Assembly (NCBI GenBank): GCA_032718475.1
Contig: JAUCBJ010003542.1
Coordinates: 1 to 62,244 of the forward strand
DNA length: 62,244 bases
Direction: 5' to 3'
Source: Nemertoderma westbladi
Taxonomy: Eukaryota > Animalia > Xenacoelomorpha
Shown: piece by piece, positions 41,318-53,000 of the stretch
How positions within the stretch are numbered: position 1 is the first letter of the stretch
How the letters are laid out: each line of letters opens with the position of its first letter
Translations under genes and position numbers: made by a program
The notes under the pieces: model-generated
Told to the model about the DNA's origin: nothing
The model's input: the letters and a program-made list of their open reading frames with translations, nothing else
Database searches by the model: none

Positions 41318-41460
41318 TTTATTCACTTTCCACTCAATTTATTCACTTTCCACTAAATTATTCACTTTCCACTAAATTTATTCACTTTCCACTAAATTTA
41401 TTCACTTTCCACTAAATTTATTCACTTTCCGCTAAATTTATTCCCTTTCCACTAATTTTA
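41318..41460. repeat. ~20-bp tandem repeat (TTTATTCACTTTCCACTAAA)
   Basis: About 7 adjacent copies, with degenerate copies upstream from ~41120. Confidence 0.9.
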
Positions 41461-41609
41461 ATATTTTTTCACTAAAAATAATCACCTTCACTTTCGCAAT
41501 GCATCATTAGAAAGTCCGAAAGTAATACTTTTCCGATTGTAACTCTTTACGTAACCAGAACGTTAACTTTCGTTTGTTAGTTTGGTTCCACGATCGCGAT
41601 CGCTGCCTC

Positions 41610-42207
41610 TTTACAAACCTGCTCATTACAAACCTGCTCATTACAAACCTGCTCATTACAAACTTGCTCATTACAAACCTGCTCATTACAAACCTGCTCA
41701 TTACAAACCTGCTCATTACAAACCTGCTCATTACAAATCTGCTCATTACAAACCTGCTCATTACAAACCTGCTCATTACAAACCTGTTCATTACAAACCT
41801 GCTCATTACAAACCTGCTCATTACACACCTACTCATTACAAACCTGCTCATTACAAACCTGCTCATTACAAACCTGCTCATTACAAACCTGCTCATTACA
41901 AACCTGCTCATTACAAACCTGCTCATTACAAACCTGCTCATTACAAACCTGCTCATTACAAACCCGCTCATTACAAACCTGCTCATTATAAACCTGCTCA
42001 TTACAACTCTGCTCATTACAAACCTGCTCATTACAAACCTGCTCATTACAAACCTGCTCATTACAAACCCGCTCATTACAAACCCGCTCATTATAAACCT
42101 GCTCATTACAACTCTGCTCATTACAAACCTGCTCATTACAACTCTGCTCATTACAAACCTGCTCATTACAAACCTGCTCATTACAAACCTGCTCATTACA
42201 AACCTGT
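41610..42207. repeat. 15-bp minisatellite, about 40 copies
   Basis: Unit TTACAAACCTGCTCA. Confidence 0.97.
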
Positions 42208-42887
42208 TCTTTAGTGATAAATGATTAGCTAGTTAAATATACACACATATTAAGTAAGACAATCATAGAGTTACTTAAATGTCTATAATACGGATGTACA
42301 ATGTTAAAAGTAAAACAGTAGCAGTAGGCCCCTACACAATACAGTATACAATCATAGGCCTGGCCCATCCTGCATAATGGCATAGAGAGGTACTGGACAT
42401 GGTAGGCGAATAGTAACATACCGGTATCATTCCTGACAATCTCAACGTGCTCGACAATGTTAATGATGAGTACGACGACGCTCTACTTTCGGAGTATCTT
42501 CCTAAGAATGCAAAGGGATTAACTATGAGGGCTAACGCTGGTGGTGACTTTTTAAAATAAAACAAATTATTCGATATAAAAACGTAACGGAAAACACCAT
42601 TTTCCATTCATTTTCTTTAGCTAAATTCAGATATTCTACTATCGCGTGTTGAGTTTCCACTCGGGCAGAATAGTTTAATTTCCCTCAACTGAAAATGAGT
42701 GAAAAGCTATGTTTCCCGCATAATTTGTTTTATTGAGTTATAGCCCTGTTTTGTTAAGATCTATGGCCTCTTTAGACTTAGGTCAACATGTCTCAGGAAC
42801 ATACTGGGATAAATAAGGATCCATATAGGCCTACTCGGCTGCAGGGTCAAGAGGCCTGACCATGCAGATCGTAATCAATCAATGGCT

Positions 42888-43130
42888 ACTACTAGTATCG
42901 GCATGCTGCATTGCAGCTGCATTTTTAAGAATACTGTGCCGGCTTGTCGACAAAATTGCGCCGCCACAACTCCCTATCACCCATGACATTTGCTTGATCA
43001 TCCGCATCTTCAAGGCCAGTGTCCTTTAAGATGCGTCTCAAGAAAGTCATGGGCTGTCCACCATGCTTATTCACTCCATGAGGCTGCCAAAGTACAAGAT
43101 TATGCACTGGCTGTTCCTCACGGCGAAAGC
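42888..43130 (-). mobile_element. Short 5'-truncated RTE insertion (3' end only)
   Basis: Reverse complement of ~32615-32865 including the 3' UTR and TAG tail. 8-bp TSD CAATGGCT (42880-42887 / 43131-43138). Confidence 0.88.
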
Positions 43131-43818
43131 CAATGGCTGGTCAGGAGTGGAGTGCTCTCAATTCCATTAAGTCCACTCCAATGCACCTGGCGTACATGCA
43201 CCTGGCAGCATACTGTAGGGGTGCAGTGTGTGTCCCGTGGCCGGATGGGCTACATAGCCAAGGATGGCTATGACTTCAACATACGTTCAAACATAAGTTC
43301 CCATTATAGGCCTGCTACTGTAATCAAATTCATGATGAAAATCATGATAATTTTCCACACATGGCCTTTTATTGAATTCGCAACACACAAAAACTCAAGT
43401 TCCCATTTCGATGTATTCTAACTAAAGAAATAAACAAAATTTTATTCACTTGTGGTTAATTTGCGCCAATCTATATGTATAGGATATATCATAAGAGTGT
43501 TATTTAGCAAATTAAATCTCAATTATAACTTATAACTCGTGATTATAGTTACACCAATTCACTTTGTTCGTTTGTGTACTTATAAATAAACTCTGCAAAC
43601 AAATATGTAAATGGTTATTGTCTGCTCCCTGGTACAATAACAAAAATACGGATAGGGTTCGAGCTAACAACGTTATTTTGTTTATTATGTACAGAAATTT
43701 TGACATCATAGGCTTTACATAAACTTTATGAGGTATATATGGCTTTAGTTCAACCTTAGTCATTCGCGATAAAGGTTCAGTGAAGTGATTCCATTTTGGA
43801 ATCATCTAACAGCGAAGT

Positions 43819-45612
43819 CTATACTGGCTTAGCCGTGTATTCATCCACCTCCGAATCTGATTGGTTTAACTCCCCCCCACTATCGTCCTGCCTAACTGGA
43901 TCAAAACCCTTTCGTGTGTTCCACTGGTTGATTATCCCCTGAATTTTCTCACTGGCTTGTTTAGTTCGCTTATAACCTCGGGAATTTTTAAGTTTGTCAA
44001 AAGACGGCTTGATGTCACTGGTATCCTTTTTCATCCGCAAAATGACTGTAACAACCACCATGATGAATATTGGAACAGTCAGCATGGCCATAACCATTAA
44101 TGATGACTGCAGATCGTTGGGTCCGCTAAGGTCAGTATCTTTCAATATGTTGTCTTCGTCGTGAAGGTCGAATACAACATCACCATCGGCATCGTTTTCA
44201 GTTACTACTTCGGCAGAGATTTGTTTTGGAGGCAATGACGTTTTTATTAGTATTGGCGAAGAGGATGGCAAGGTTGAAGTGGTCGGCATCTTGAATGATG
44301 ATGTTGCCAATGGGGTTGTAGGTCGTTGTTTCAGATATACTTGAGATCTTGTTACACACGAGGTTTCATTTGCACCGTTACTAGAAGCCACCTTCCATTT
44401 GGTTGAGTCATCGGGAGTATGTAATGATTTTTCAATAAGTTTTTCATGGCTATTTTTGTAACCATTGTTAAATTCCACCAAATCTTCTAACTCATCCCGT
44501 ATTTCTTTGTTTTGGTCCCAATCCATTCCAAACTTTGCAATAAGTTCCGAGAACGTTTGTGCGATAAATCGGTCGACTCGTATGTTGGATATAAGAGGTG
44601 ACTGATCGGCTATCAATTTGGATAACGGTTCTTCAAGTTTGCTACCGCAAATCGTGATTGGCTCGTGGTAGTCATTGGAGTTTATTAAATAGAACACGTA
44701 AAACATGCATCCACGATTGTGATCAGCTTCGATTCCCTCTTCAAACAGGCACCTCGCGACGACATGACCTCCCTTATGAATTACCGGACTGTCTTTGATA
44801 GGATATATCGATTCGGACCATTGAGGCATCGCTGAACCCAGAAGACTGACCTCTTCACCGCACAAATAGAAGCCGCTCACTTCTTTGGCGGAACTTCGCA
44901 CGTGAAAAGCGTACGGCTCCATGTGGTCCTCGTTATCGTGCACACAGCCGATCGTCACGGTGTTGTCTACGGGAGCCTCAACGGAAATCAACAAATAGAC
45001 CCCAACTAGCTTCGGTGGTCTCATCGGAGTCATCTGAATTGTAACACCTGAGAAATCTCTTTGTCGCGACTTACTGACGTAATGGACTCGAAGTATTAGA
45101 GATTTGAGGGAAGATTTTCCTCCAACTAATATCCCACTTCCGGTTGGAATATCTGCTGTTGGATGACCTTCCTGCCAGGAGTACATAGGTATTGGCTGCG
45201 ACAGACAAATATCGTTGGAGTCGTTGCAGCTCCAGATGTCGGTTAACTTGGCTGGCCGATAACAGGCCCACAGAGCGATCGCATTCACCGTTGCTTGATC
45301 CACGAACGGTGCGAAGTCGACGAGATATGTCTCGTCTCGCGGGAATTCGAAGTATGTGCAAACATAGCTGTCATCCTGATTGGCGGAGAATCCTGGAATC
45401 TTCACGTGCCGTGAATATATCGATGATTCTTGTACTTCGTTGTCGTTATAAACCACATTCTCGCTGTAAATCTCATCCATATCATCACTAAATTGATCAT
45501 CTTCGTAAACATTTTGAGAATCACTAATATCGACGCTATCGAGAGTTTGATAAGAAGCTAGTACACAAATAAGATTAAAATAAAGTATAAATACTATAAA
45601 ATGATATCCCAT
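43819..45612 (-). CDS. Type-I membrane protein with a divergent PHM (copper type II monooxygenase)-like domain and PAM-like tail; probable pseudoenzyme
   Basis: Intact 597-aa ORF. Signal peptide; PHM-like motifs DSYVC, VDFAP, MYSW, G..VGG, ILRVHY, DFSGV, IYPI, VARC.F; Ser/Thr stalk; TM helix (LMVMAMLTVPIFIMVVVTVIL); tail RKGFDPV..DSEVDEY. Confidence 0.88.
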   Translation of the reverse strand: MGYHFIVFILYFNLICVLASYQTLDSVDISDSQNVYEDDQFSDDMDEIYSENVVYNDNEVQESSIYSRHVKIPGFSANQDDSYVCTYFEFPRDETYLVDFAPFVDQATVNAIALWACYRPAKLTDIWSCNDSNDICLSQPIPMYSWQEGHPTADIPTGSGILVGGKSSLKSLILRVHYVSKSRQRDFSGVTIQMTPMRPPKLVGVYLLISVEAPVDNTVTIGCVHDNEDHMEPYAFHVRSSAKEVSGFYLCGEEVSLLGSAMPQWSESIYPIKDSPVIHKGGHVVARCLFEEGIEADHNRGCMFYVFYLINSNDYHEPITICGSKLEEPLSKLIADQSPLISNIRVDRFIAQTFSELIAKFGMDWDQNKEIRDELEDLVEFNNGYKNSHEKLIEKSLHTPDDSTKWKVASSNGANETSCVTRSQVYLKQRPTTPLATSSFKMPTTSTLPSSSPILIKTSLPPKQISAEVVTENDADGDVVFDLHDEDNILKDTDLSGPNDLQSSLMVMAMLTVPIFIMVVVTVILRMKKDTSDIKPSFDKLKNSRGYKRTKQASEKIQGIINQWNTRKGFDPVRQDDSGGELNQSDSEVDEYTAKPV

Positions 45613-47261
45613 CTATCTTTCTTGAAATTGACACATTATATGTTATTAATACAGCACGACCATGAAATCCATTAGGAAAGAAATAAAATGTTTTAATGCG
45701 AGTTATTTACTCAAGAAGATTGGTTTCAGCTGCAGAAAAATGATATTAACGTCAATGAGGTGATAGTAGCCACATAGCCAATTTGTACGATTTATGGTTG
45801 GTTGCTGGGGGACAGGAAACTTATCCATCCGTGGTAGCTGCAACTAAGAAGCTCACATCCCGTGACGCAGGTACGAGCCTCCTTCCTACTGATGCTTCGG
45901 AGTGGCGATGCACAGCACACTCAACTCATACATACCCATTCTTTGATTAAGTGTGTAATACTTAACATTACAACAATTAATTAAAATTTTGAAAGCAGAT
46001 AATTAAATTTAGAAAAGCATAGAAAAGATCATAATTACTGATCATATTTTCAATTAAGCACACCCCTATTTTGGAAACATCTTAAACGTTAAACTCATTT
46101 ATCTCATTTATTCATTGAAAAGGCTATTTATCTGCTTATCTCTGCTTAATTTTAACTGAAATGTGTTGAAATTTAGTAGTTATTTGTTCTTAATACCTTT
46201 GTCAACAAATCTTCCATACAAATTTTGCAATATGTGCTGGAGACATTTTAGATAAAAGGCCCAAAAATAGAAATTTTTTGGGGCCTGAAATGGTGTCTTC
46301 TGATCTTATGTTCCAAATGGCGATAAATGTCAACACATATTGGTGGAGAAATAGCCTTGGATCCAAAAAGTCACTTTTTGCCATGAAATTTGAATCTGAG
46401 ATATGTAGATTCACCTCCCTCAGCCTCCGTGGGTGAGCCAGAATATTTATTTTTTCTTTCAATTATTAGCTACAAGTGATTGAAAAAGGTGTCTCAGGCG
46501 ATATTTCACCAGTTACACTGCAGTTATTATTTAACCTTTTGGTGATTTAGTACTCATGGATAGCTGGTCAAGGATTCCAAATAAGTAATATAATCTAACA
46601 TTTTGTTGAAAAGTAGTTTGAGATACTGTCTGAACGTTCAAAAGATTCATGGTTTAGCACCTGCGTGAGGCTCTTTTATTCTATTAAATAATAACATCAT
46701 ATTCTAGAACATTTTGTTTATTTATGAATGGATACGTATTAGTTTTAGTATGACTAAGGAGGCATTGTATTGTTGCCAGCTAAATACGAATGTGATAAAC
46801 AAAATGTTCTAGAATATGGTATATTTATTAAACCAGGCTTCCATGCTGGGTACCATGGATCCCACCCACTCCGACGGCGTCTGTGAGGTCCTGTCTCCCC
46901 CTCCCCCTGCCAACAACAGGGGATAGACTATATTGAATATCCACGTACTTATATTATGATATAGGCATTGCATTACATACAATAATAACGAATAAATTGA
47001 CTTTAACTTCAGCAAATAAAATCACAAAATACATTAGAAATAGAATCGGTTCAAGTCAGTAAGTTCATTATCCTCTCATCAACTTCTTCCATCCAACTGC
47101 ACCATCGAATTGATTTCCTGATCCATACTTCCCCCGACATTTCGATCTTCGTTTCATTTTCTTCCCTTTCCTCTAAGACTCCTACTGTAGACCAGCTCCA
47201 ATTTCCCTTTTTCTTTTCCCTTCTCCCTTTCTCCTTTTTCTTTCCCCTTCTTACTTCCCTT

Positions 47262-47545
47262 TCAACTTCCGAATGAAATTGGTAGCCCTGCACCGTCCTC
47301 AATCCCCAGCCCACTGCGCCACTTTGTACAGGACCCTCTCAGGCAGGGAGTCGTCGACCACTGATGGTGGCAAACATGAGTCGCGCTCGGACCCACCACC
47401 CCAAGTACTGTTGAATAAGGTTTACTCCAAGAGTGGGTCAGTCGTGCGACAATTATACGGAGCAGTCTGTTGGCTTGTGGGGTCATGACTCCGTCACAAG
47501 AGGCCACAAAGGGGGAGAAGTCACCGCGACGGGCTGTGCCTTCTG
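47262..47545 (-). mobile_element. 3' fragment of a second CRE-like retrotransposon (RLE C-terminus)
   Basis: FSPFVASCDG..LL..IVARL..W.KPYS.VLG / WVRARL.FA / CLRGS.TKWRSGLG.EDGAGLP across frameshifts. Confidence 0.7.
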
Positions 47546-48469
47546 TGAATCGTAATTTATTTCACTTTATGATATTGTATTTGCATTGTTATTGCTTTAA
47601 CCCGCGATATTACTGAATTCGGTGAGTAGGTCTATTATAAGCAACTATCATTATTGATGCTATAAGTTGAGAACAATAATGTAAACATATTATTATTAGT
47701 ACTAATCAGCTGCACAGCACAGGTCTGCAATACCACAGAATTAGTGAACTACAAGAAACAATAAATAAAACATGAACTAACATAAAACATATCATAGTGG
47801 TTACAATTAATATACTGTAGGTTAGGTTACTTCGATTATACTGTACAGTAGCAATAACACTATTTTTCTGTGTTTGAAAATCTTACTAATAAAGATAGAT
47901 AGAACGGAATAAAATAATGGATAATAAATACTGTAGGCCTACTAATAAATTCGATTCTTAAGTTCTCTGTCTGAGCGACAAATTAGAAAAAATTAATTTC
48001 ATCCTAAATTTCTATTGAGTTACATAGACTCGACACAATCTGTCGGAAGGTTCCTGTCGGCTGTCGGTCACACCGGCCTACCTCCACCTGTAACCTGTGG
48101 GTTAAGCACCTCAAACGCGCTAGCGCCAGCTTTAAGGGGGAGGGGGGGGGGGGGATTTTTCGGAGAGTTCAAACACAGTTCTGTACCAAACCGTTTTTTA
48201 ATGTAAAGTGTCACCTTACAGTAGGTGACCCATTTATATTTGCCCACCAGGCCTGTACGTAGGCCTACTGGTCAAATAAAATTAGTCTGGATGATCCTAG
48301 AATACCATTTCGATGATTTCGACTGCCCAAGCCCAACTCAATCCTAACCAATTTAGGGTGTCTCTGACCCTAGATGTCCAGTTCACAGTGGATCTACCTG
48401 CAGTTGCATCTTTGTATAATTCGAGATAAAATTATTTTACCGTACCCAAAACAAAAGCAAAAAGCAAAA

Positions 48470-48850
48470 GCGTACCCAAAACTTCAATATTATAAATTTC
48501 CTGTGAAGAGCCAATGGAATTACACCTGACTCGGCCTCTATACCATGAAATTTGGAGTAGGCCCTACTTGATTTCACACCCATTATGCGTTTAAGAAAAG
48601 ATAGTTGGACTCTTTCAACATCTCTGGCTGCGTGAAAACCCAAACTTCTGCACCGTAGTTCAGAATTGGTAGTATAAAAGAGTTGTGAATAGTTTCATAA
48701 GAAGGTCTAATGAAATGTTCAAAAGTTGGTTTAAGTGGGGCCTATATACTTATAGAGCGAGACCATACTGTAGCTTTATTGGCTTTCTGCGACAAAGAAG
48801 CTTCCTGACTCCTGAGGAAGAGAACTCAACCCCTAAATAGGTCAAATAAT
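48470..48850 (-). mobile_element. Decayed LINE reverse-transcriptase C-terminal fragment (non-RTE; L2/RTE-X-like)
   Basis: YLGVEF, KANKA, ILPILNYGAEV/GF, VERVQLSFLKRIMGVK..E.G..PL..I.KFW motifs with frameshifts. Confidence 0.7.
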
Positions 48851-49509
48851 ATGCCGAGACAACCTTCACAGGGCATGGCATCCCTAATATGTCCATCTGT
48901 ACGTGTACAGATGCAATGTACTGTACTGTACTGTAGTATGAGTACTGATTGAGATTCTACCCCGTCGGTAAATCATTGTGTTCGTTTTTATCTAAGTTAA
49001 ACTTAAACAAGCGGATAACTTAACGCGAGTTTCCCACTCTGTCCACTGCAGTGCAAAGACTGTGACTGTGGGATCTGTGTTCACCATTATACATATAATT
49101 GGCACATATACCCTTAAACACATTATATATTTCGTCTTCGATATTTACCTTTCGCCATAAGGATTGTTTGTACAACACTCTATACAGTATAATGGGATTT
49201 CGATACACATTATACATTATATTTCGGTACTTGATTTTTGCCGTAAGGGTAACATTTTTCGATTTCGATATTTGGCTTTACCTCAATGTATAAACCGCAC
49301 TATTATTATTGCCTTTGTACGCTGCACCTTACCACAATAAGATTGGGTCTTTTGTTTTTGTGTACGATATACTGTATCATTGAATTAATTTTTCAATTTT
49401 GACATTTAATAACCTTATCATAAACCGTTTTCTCACCCTACTGTACACATTATAAGTACGTTTTTATTGTGCTTTTTGTCTATTTGCGCATAGATCTATT
49501 ACTATTAAT

Positions 49510-52500
49510 GCTGTTGTACTCTGCGTTTTTCACCATCGGAGGTTTCTGTTTTGTATTTGTGCACAATATACTTCGGAAGTAACCACGCTATCTCTAAAGC
49601 CTACTGTCAGGCCCGTATGGTGATAATAATATCTGGGGGGGCAGAGGCCAAATCTGGGGGGGCAAACCCATAACTGGGATTTGGTGAGCATACAACAAAG
49701 TGAGAGTTAATTTAGTACATACCCAAAGTATAATCAATATTGTTGAAAGGTGTGTGGGGCGAGCCACGAAGTTGGCGGAGCCTTGGTGAATTGACACTGT
49801 TAAGGAGAATGTCAATAATGGCAAATAGTTGTTGACGTAACTATTTTGACATTCAAATAAGGCAGAATTTATTTAAAGCTGTCGAATTGAAAATTTTGTA
49901 GGCATAAATATGTCCAAAACTTGACATTATTTAGCGACATTAAATGTCATTAAATTAAACATTAAATGTCCTCCCGTTTCTTTGCTTTTAATCCGTTCAA
50001 CCTGAAACATGACAGAATTGTACTCGACCATTAGCTGTGTCATTTAAACTTTTTCTGAGGTCTTAGCGCTTCGTTTCTCAAATAGATGATTCCTTTGAGG
50101 TCAATTTTGACCTCAGGTAAATGAGAGGGTTGGGGTGGTTCAAAAAAACTTTTGTCGAATTTAAACTGAGTTTGCACATCTGATGTCATCAAATGAGCCC
50201 AGACTTCGATAGATACCAAAATTTTGATTTGGGGATGACAGGGATACCTAAAGTGTGTTCTTCGCGCAGCACGTGACATGAACTTATGTAAGTGTAATCT
50301 TGAAAGAAAAATAAGCAAAATCTAAGCGGATGCCCTTGATCACTTTAGACCAGCCTAGAGGCAGGCTTGAAAACTGCAGTCGATTTAACCCTTGTGCTCT
50401 CTTTGAGGTCATTTTTGACCCATCGAAGATTTAAACTTACACAATTTTATCACACATTGATATTTTATCTCGAAATTTTGTGACAATTACAGATAATGTG
50501 AAGTCCGGCACAAGTCAAAATTAGCGCCTTGATGCGATATTGACAAATACCTGACAAATATCTCAAAAACTATTCGCTTTATGCTTGTTTTGAAGGTGTC
50601 TACAACAACTAAATCGGTCATTGCTATTCTAAATGAGCATAATATCAATGCAGTAGGAATACTAGAAGTTGATCATCACAAAATGGGGAATATGACTCAC
50701 TTGTGCCAAGGGCTGGAACTGGCCATGTGCATTTTGGAATATTTACTGTCATCCCCAAATCAAAATTTTGGTATCTATCTAAGATTGGGCCCATTTGATG
50801 ACATCTGATTTGCGAACTGAGTTGAAATCAAAAATGTTTTTCGTTGATATTGAATGGTACAGGTACAAATCACGATGAGGTGAAATTTGACCTCAAAGTC
50901 AATATGTGTAGGCCCCTATAAATTGTAAAATTGAATAGACCCCCTTGCAAATTTTTACATTTTTGTTTTTCTAATTGAGAAGTACTATAAAATATTAAAT
51001 GTCACAAAATTTCGAGATAAAATATCAATGTGTGATAAAATTGTGTAAGTTTAAATCTTCGATGGGTCAAAAATGACCCCAAAGAGAGCACAAGGGTTAA
51101 ATCGACTGCAGTTTTCAAACCTGCCTTTAGGCTGGTGTAAAGTGATCAAGGGCATCCGCTTAGATTTTGCTTATTTTTCTTTGAAGATTACACTTACATA
51201 AGTTTATGTCACGTGCTGCGTGAAGGACCCACTTCAGGTATAATATGGTTAAGGTTAAGTTACAACAAATTATAGCTATGGATAGCAGCGCAGGCAACCC
51301 TCAGCGCTAAGCCTTTTAGCTGCAAGCTAGCTCCCAAACTACAAGCAAATAGACAATGGGTCAACGGTCAACAACAAACAACCCCTCCACCCTGGTAGCC
51401 AATGAGAGAACCTAGAGCTTTCGAGTATTTTTAGTAATTATTACAGGTAGGTAGGTATATTAATGTCATGTAGTATTATAGGAATTGGACCAAATGGAAT
51501 GGTGGGGAGTCAGGTCAGGTCAGTGGGCAGGAGTATGTGAATCCAATAATATTGATTACCAACAATATTATTATTAATTAATTGTGAACAAGACGAGTGA
51601 ACAATACATGTCTGGGGGGGCAGTGGGACTTCTCTGGGGGGGCAGTGCCCCCAAAGCCCCCCCCCCCCCCCCCCGCACGATACGGGCCTGCCCACTAACT
51701 AACTATATCTGGTATTTACTTTATTTTGATTTAATGATGTTTCTGTTCCTTATTTAATAATGATAGTTCTAGTTAAACTACTGTATGTATATTTCTATTT
51801 CTCACCATTTATGCTATTTAAGTACCCTTATTAGTTTATGACAGAACCCTGTATTATAAAAGAGACGGAATTTTGATTTGGTGGTGGGATGCAATAATTT
51901 TAACTTTATACATTCCTAATACCGCATTATAGTCTGAAGTAGCCCGGTTAGGGTGAAAACGTTCACTAATAAGAAGTGTTTTCATACAACCAGCATAGAC
52001 CCCAACACTTACCCAAACTCTGTTTTGTTTTGGTAATTATTATTTATATATGGTCACCCTCAGCCTCACCCTCAGCCTCAGCCTCACCCTCAGCCTCAGC
52101 CTAGGCTTCAGCCTCAGGACCATTCATTACCCATTCATTATGCATTTAAAATAGGATCAAGTTGACTTTATTTGTCTAATTAAACATATTATTATGAAAT
52201 TACATCATTAATACGACTAAACATAATAAATATTTCAAACATCAGTTATAATTAATGTCTCGCATTAACTGTACGACTGTTCATACACCTAGGTCGATAT
52301 ACAACAGTTGCTGGAGATATACCTTTTCCATTCCCTACTCTGATTTTCTGTCCATTTTCATTGTCATTCTCCTCTGATTCTTCTTCACTGCCATCGCTAC
52401 TCTCCTCTGATTCTTCCTCACTGTCATCGCTACTCTCCTCCGATTCATCCTCATCACTCTCATTTCCATCATTATCACTCTCCTTATGCAAATGTATCTG

Positions 52501-52674
52501 CATTATATTCAATTGTCTAATTATTTTCTGCAATTTATTTTTATTTCCTAATATATGTCTTAATATCTCCTAATTATCTGAGTCATTCTCCTCCCCACTT
52601 TCATGTTCCGCGACTTCTTTCTCGCTCTCATTTTCTTCATCACCACTCTCATTTTCTTCTTCCTCTATCTCACT
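49510..52674 (+). repeat. Segmental duplication, copy A (about 3.2 kb)
   Basis: Near-identical direct copy at 54778-57950. Confidence 0.95.
49608..51690. mobile_element. hAT-like element, copy 2
   Basis: Same TIRs and body as 22258-24239, with an internal rearrangement. No TSD. Confidence 0.85.
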
Positions 52675-53000
52675 CTCTGTTTCATCATTCTCAACCTTTT
52701 CACTTTCCTCTGATTTATCATCTTCCTCACTCTCATCATCCTTTTCACTATGTGGCTGTTTCTGTATATTTTTCAAAATGTTCATGATTTTCTCGAATTT
52801 ATGTCCCATCATTTGTTTAATCTCAAGAAAGTCACTCTCAACTCTCTTTTTGTTCTCATCTCCACTAAAAATATCATCATTATTTTTTAATTTCTTTGGA
52901 GAAGGTTCCATTACACCTTTCTATGTATACTCATATGGCGGGATATATTGTCTCGTCTCATTTCTTTATCACAAACCATGCACTTTTCATAACTAGACAT
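52252..53000 (-). pseudogene. Decayed ORF: N-terminal C2H2-like zinc finger + acidic/coiled-coil region
   Basis: 53000-52911 reads MSSYEKCMVCDKEMRRDNISRHMSIHRKV*. It overlaps (TAATG) the 52911-52570 ORF, which is in frame with 52533-52252 across a single TAG. Confidence 0.6.

Noticed and set aside
41507-42224. Repetitive ORFs (SRFVM, TNLLI, KPAHY, NEQVC)
   Set aside because: A stop-poor 15-bp minisatellite opens several frames on both strands; there is no independent coding evidence.
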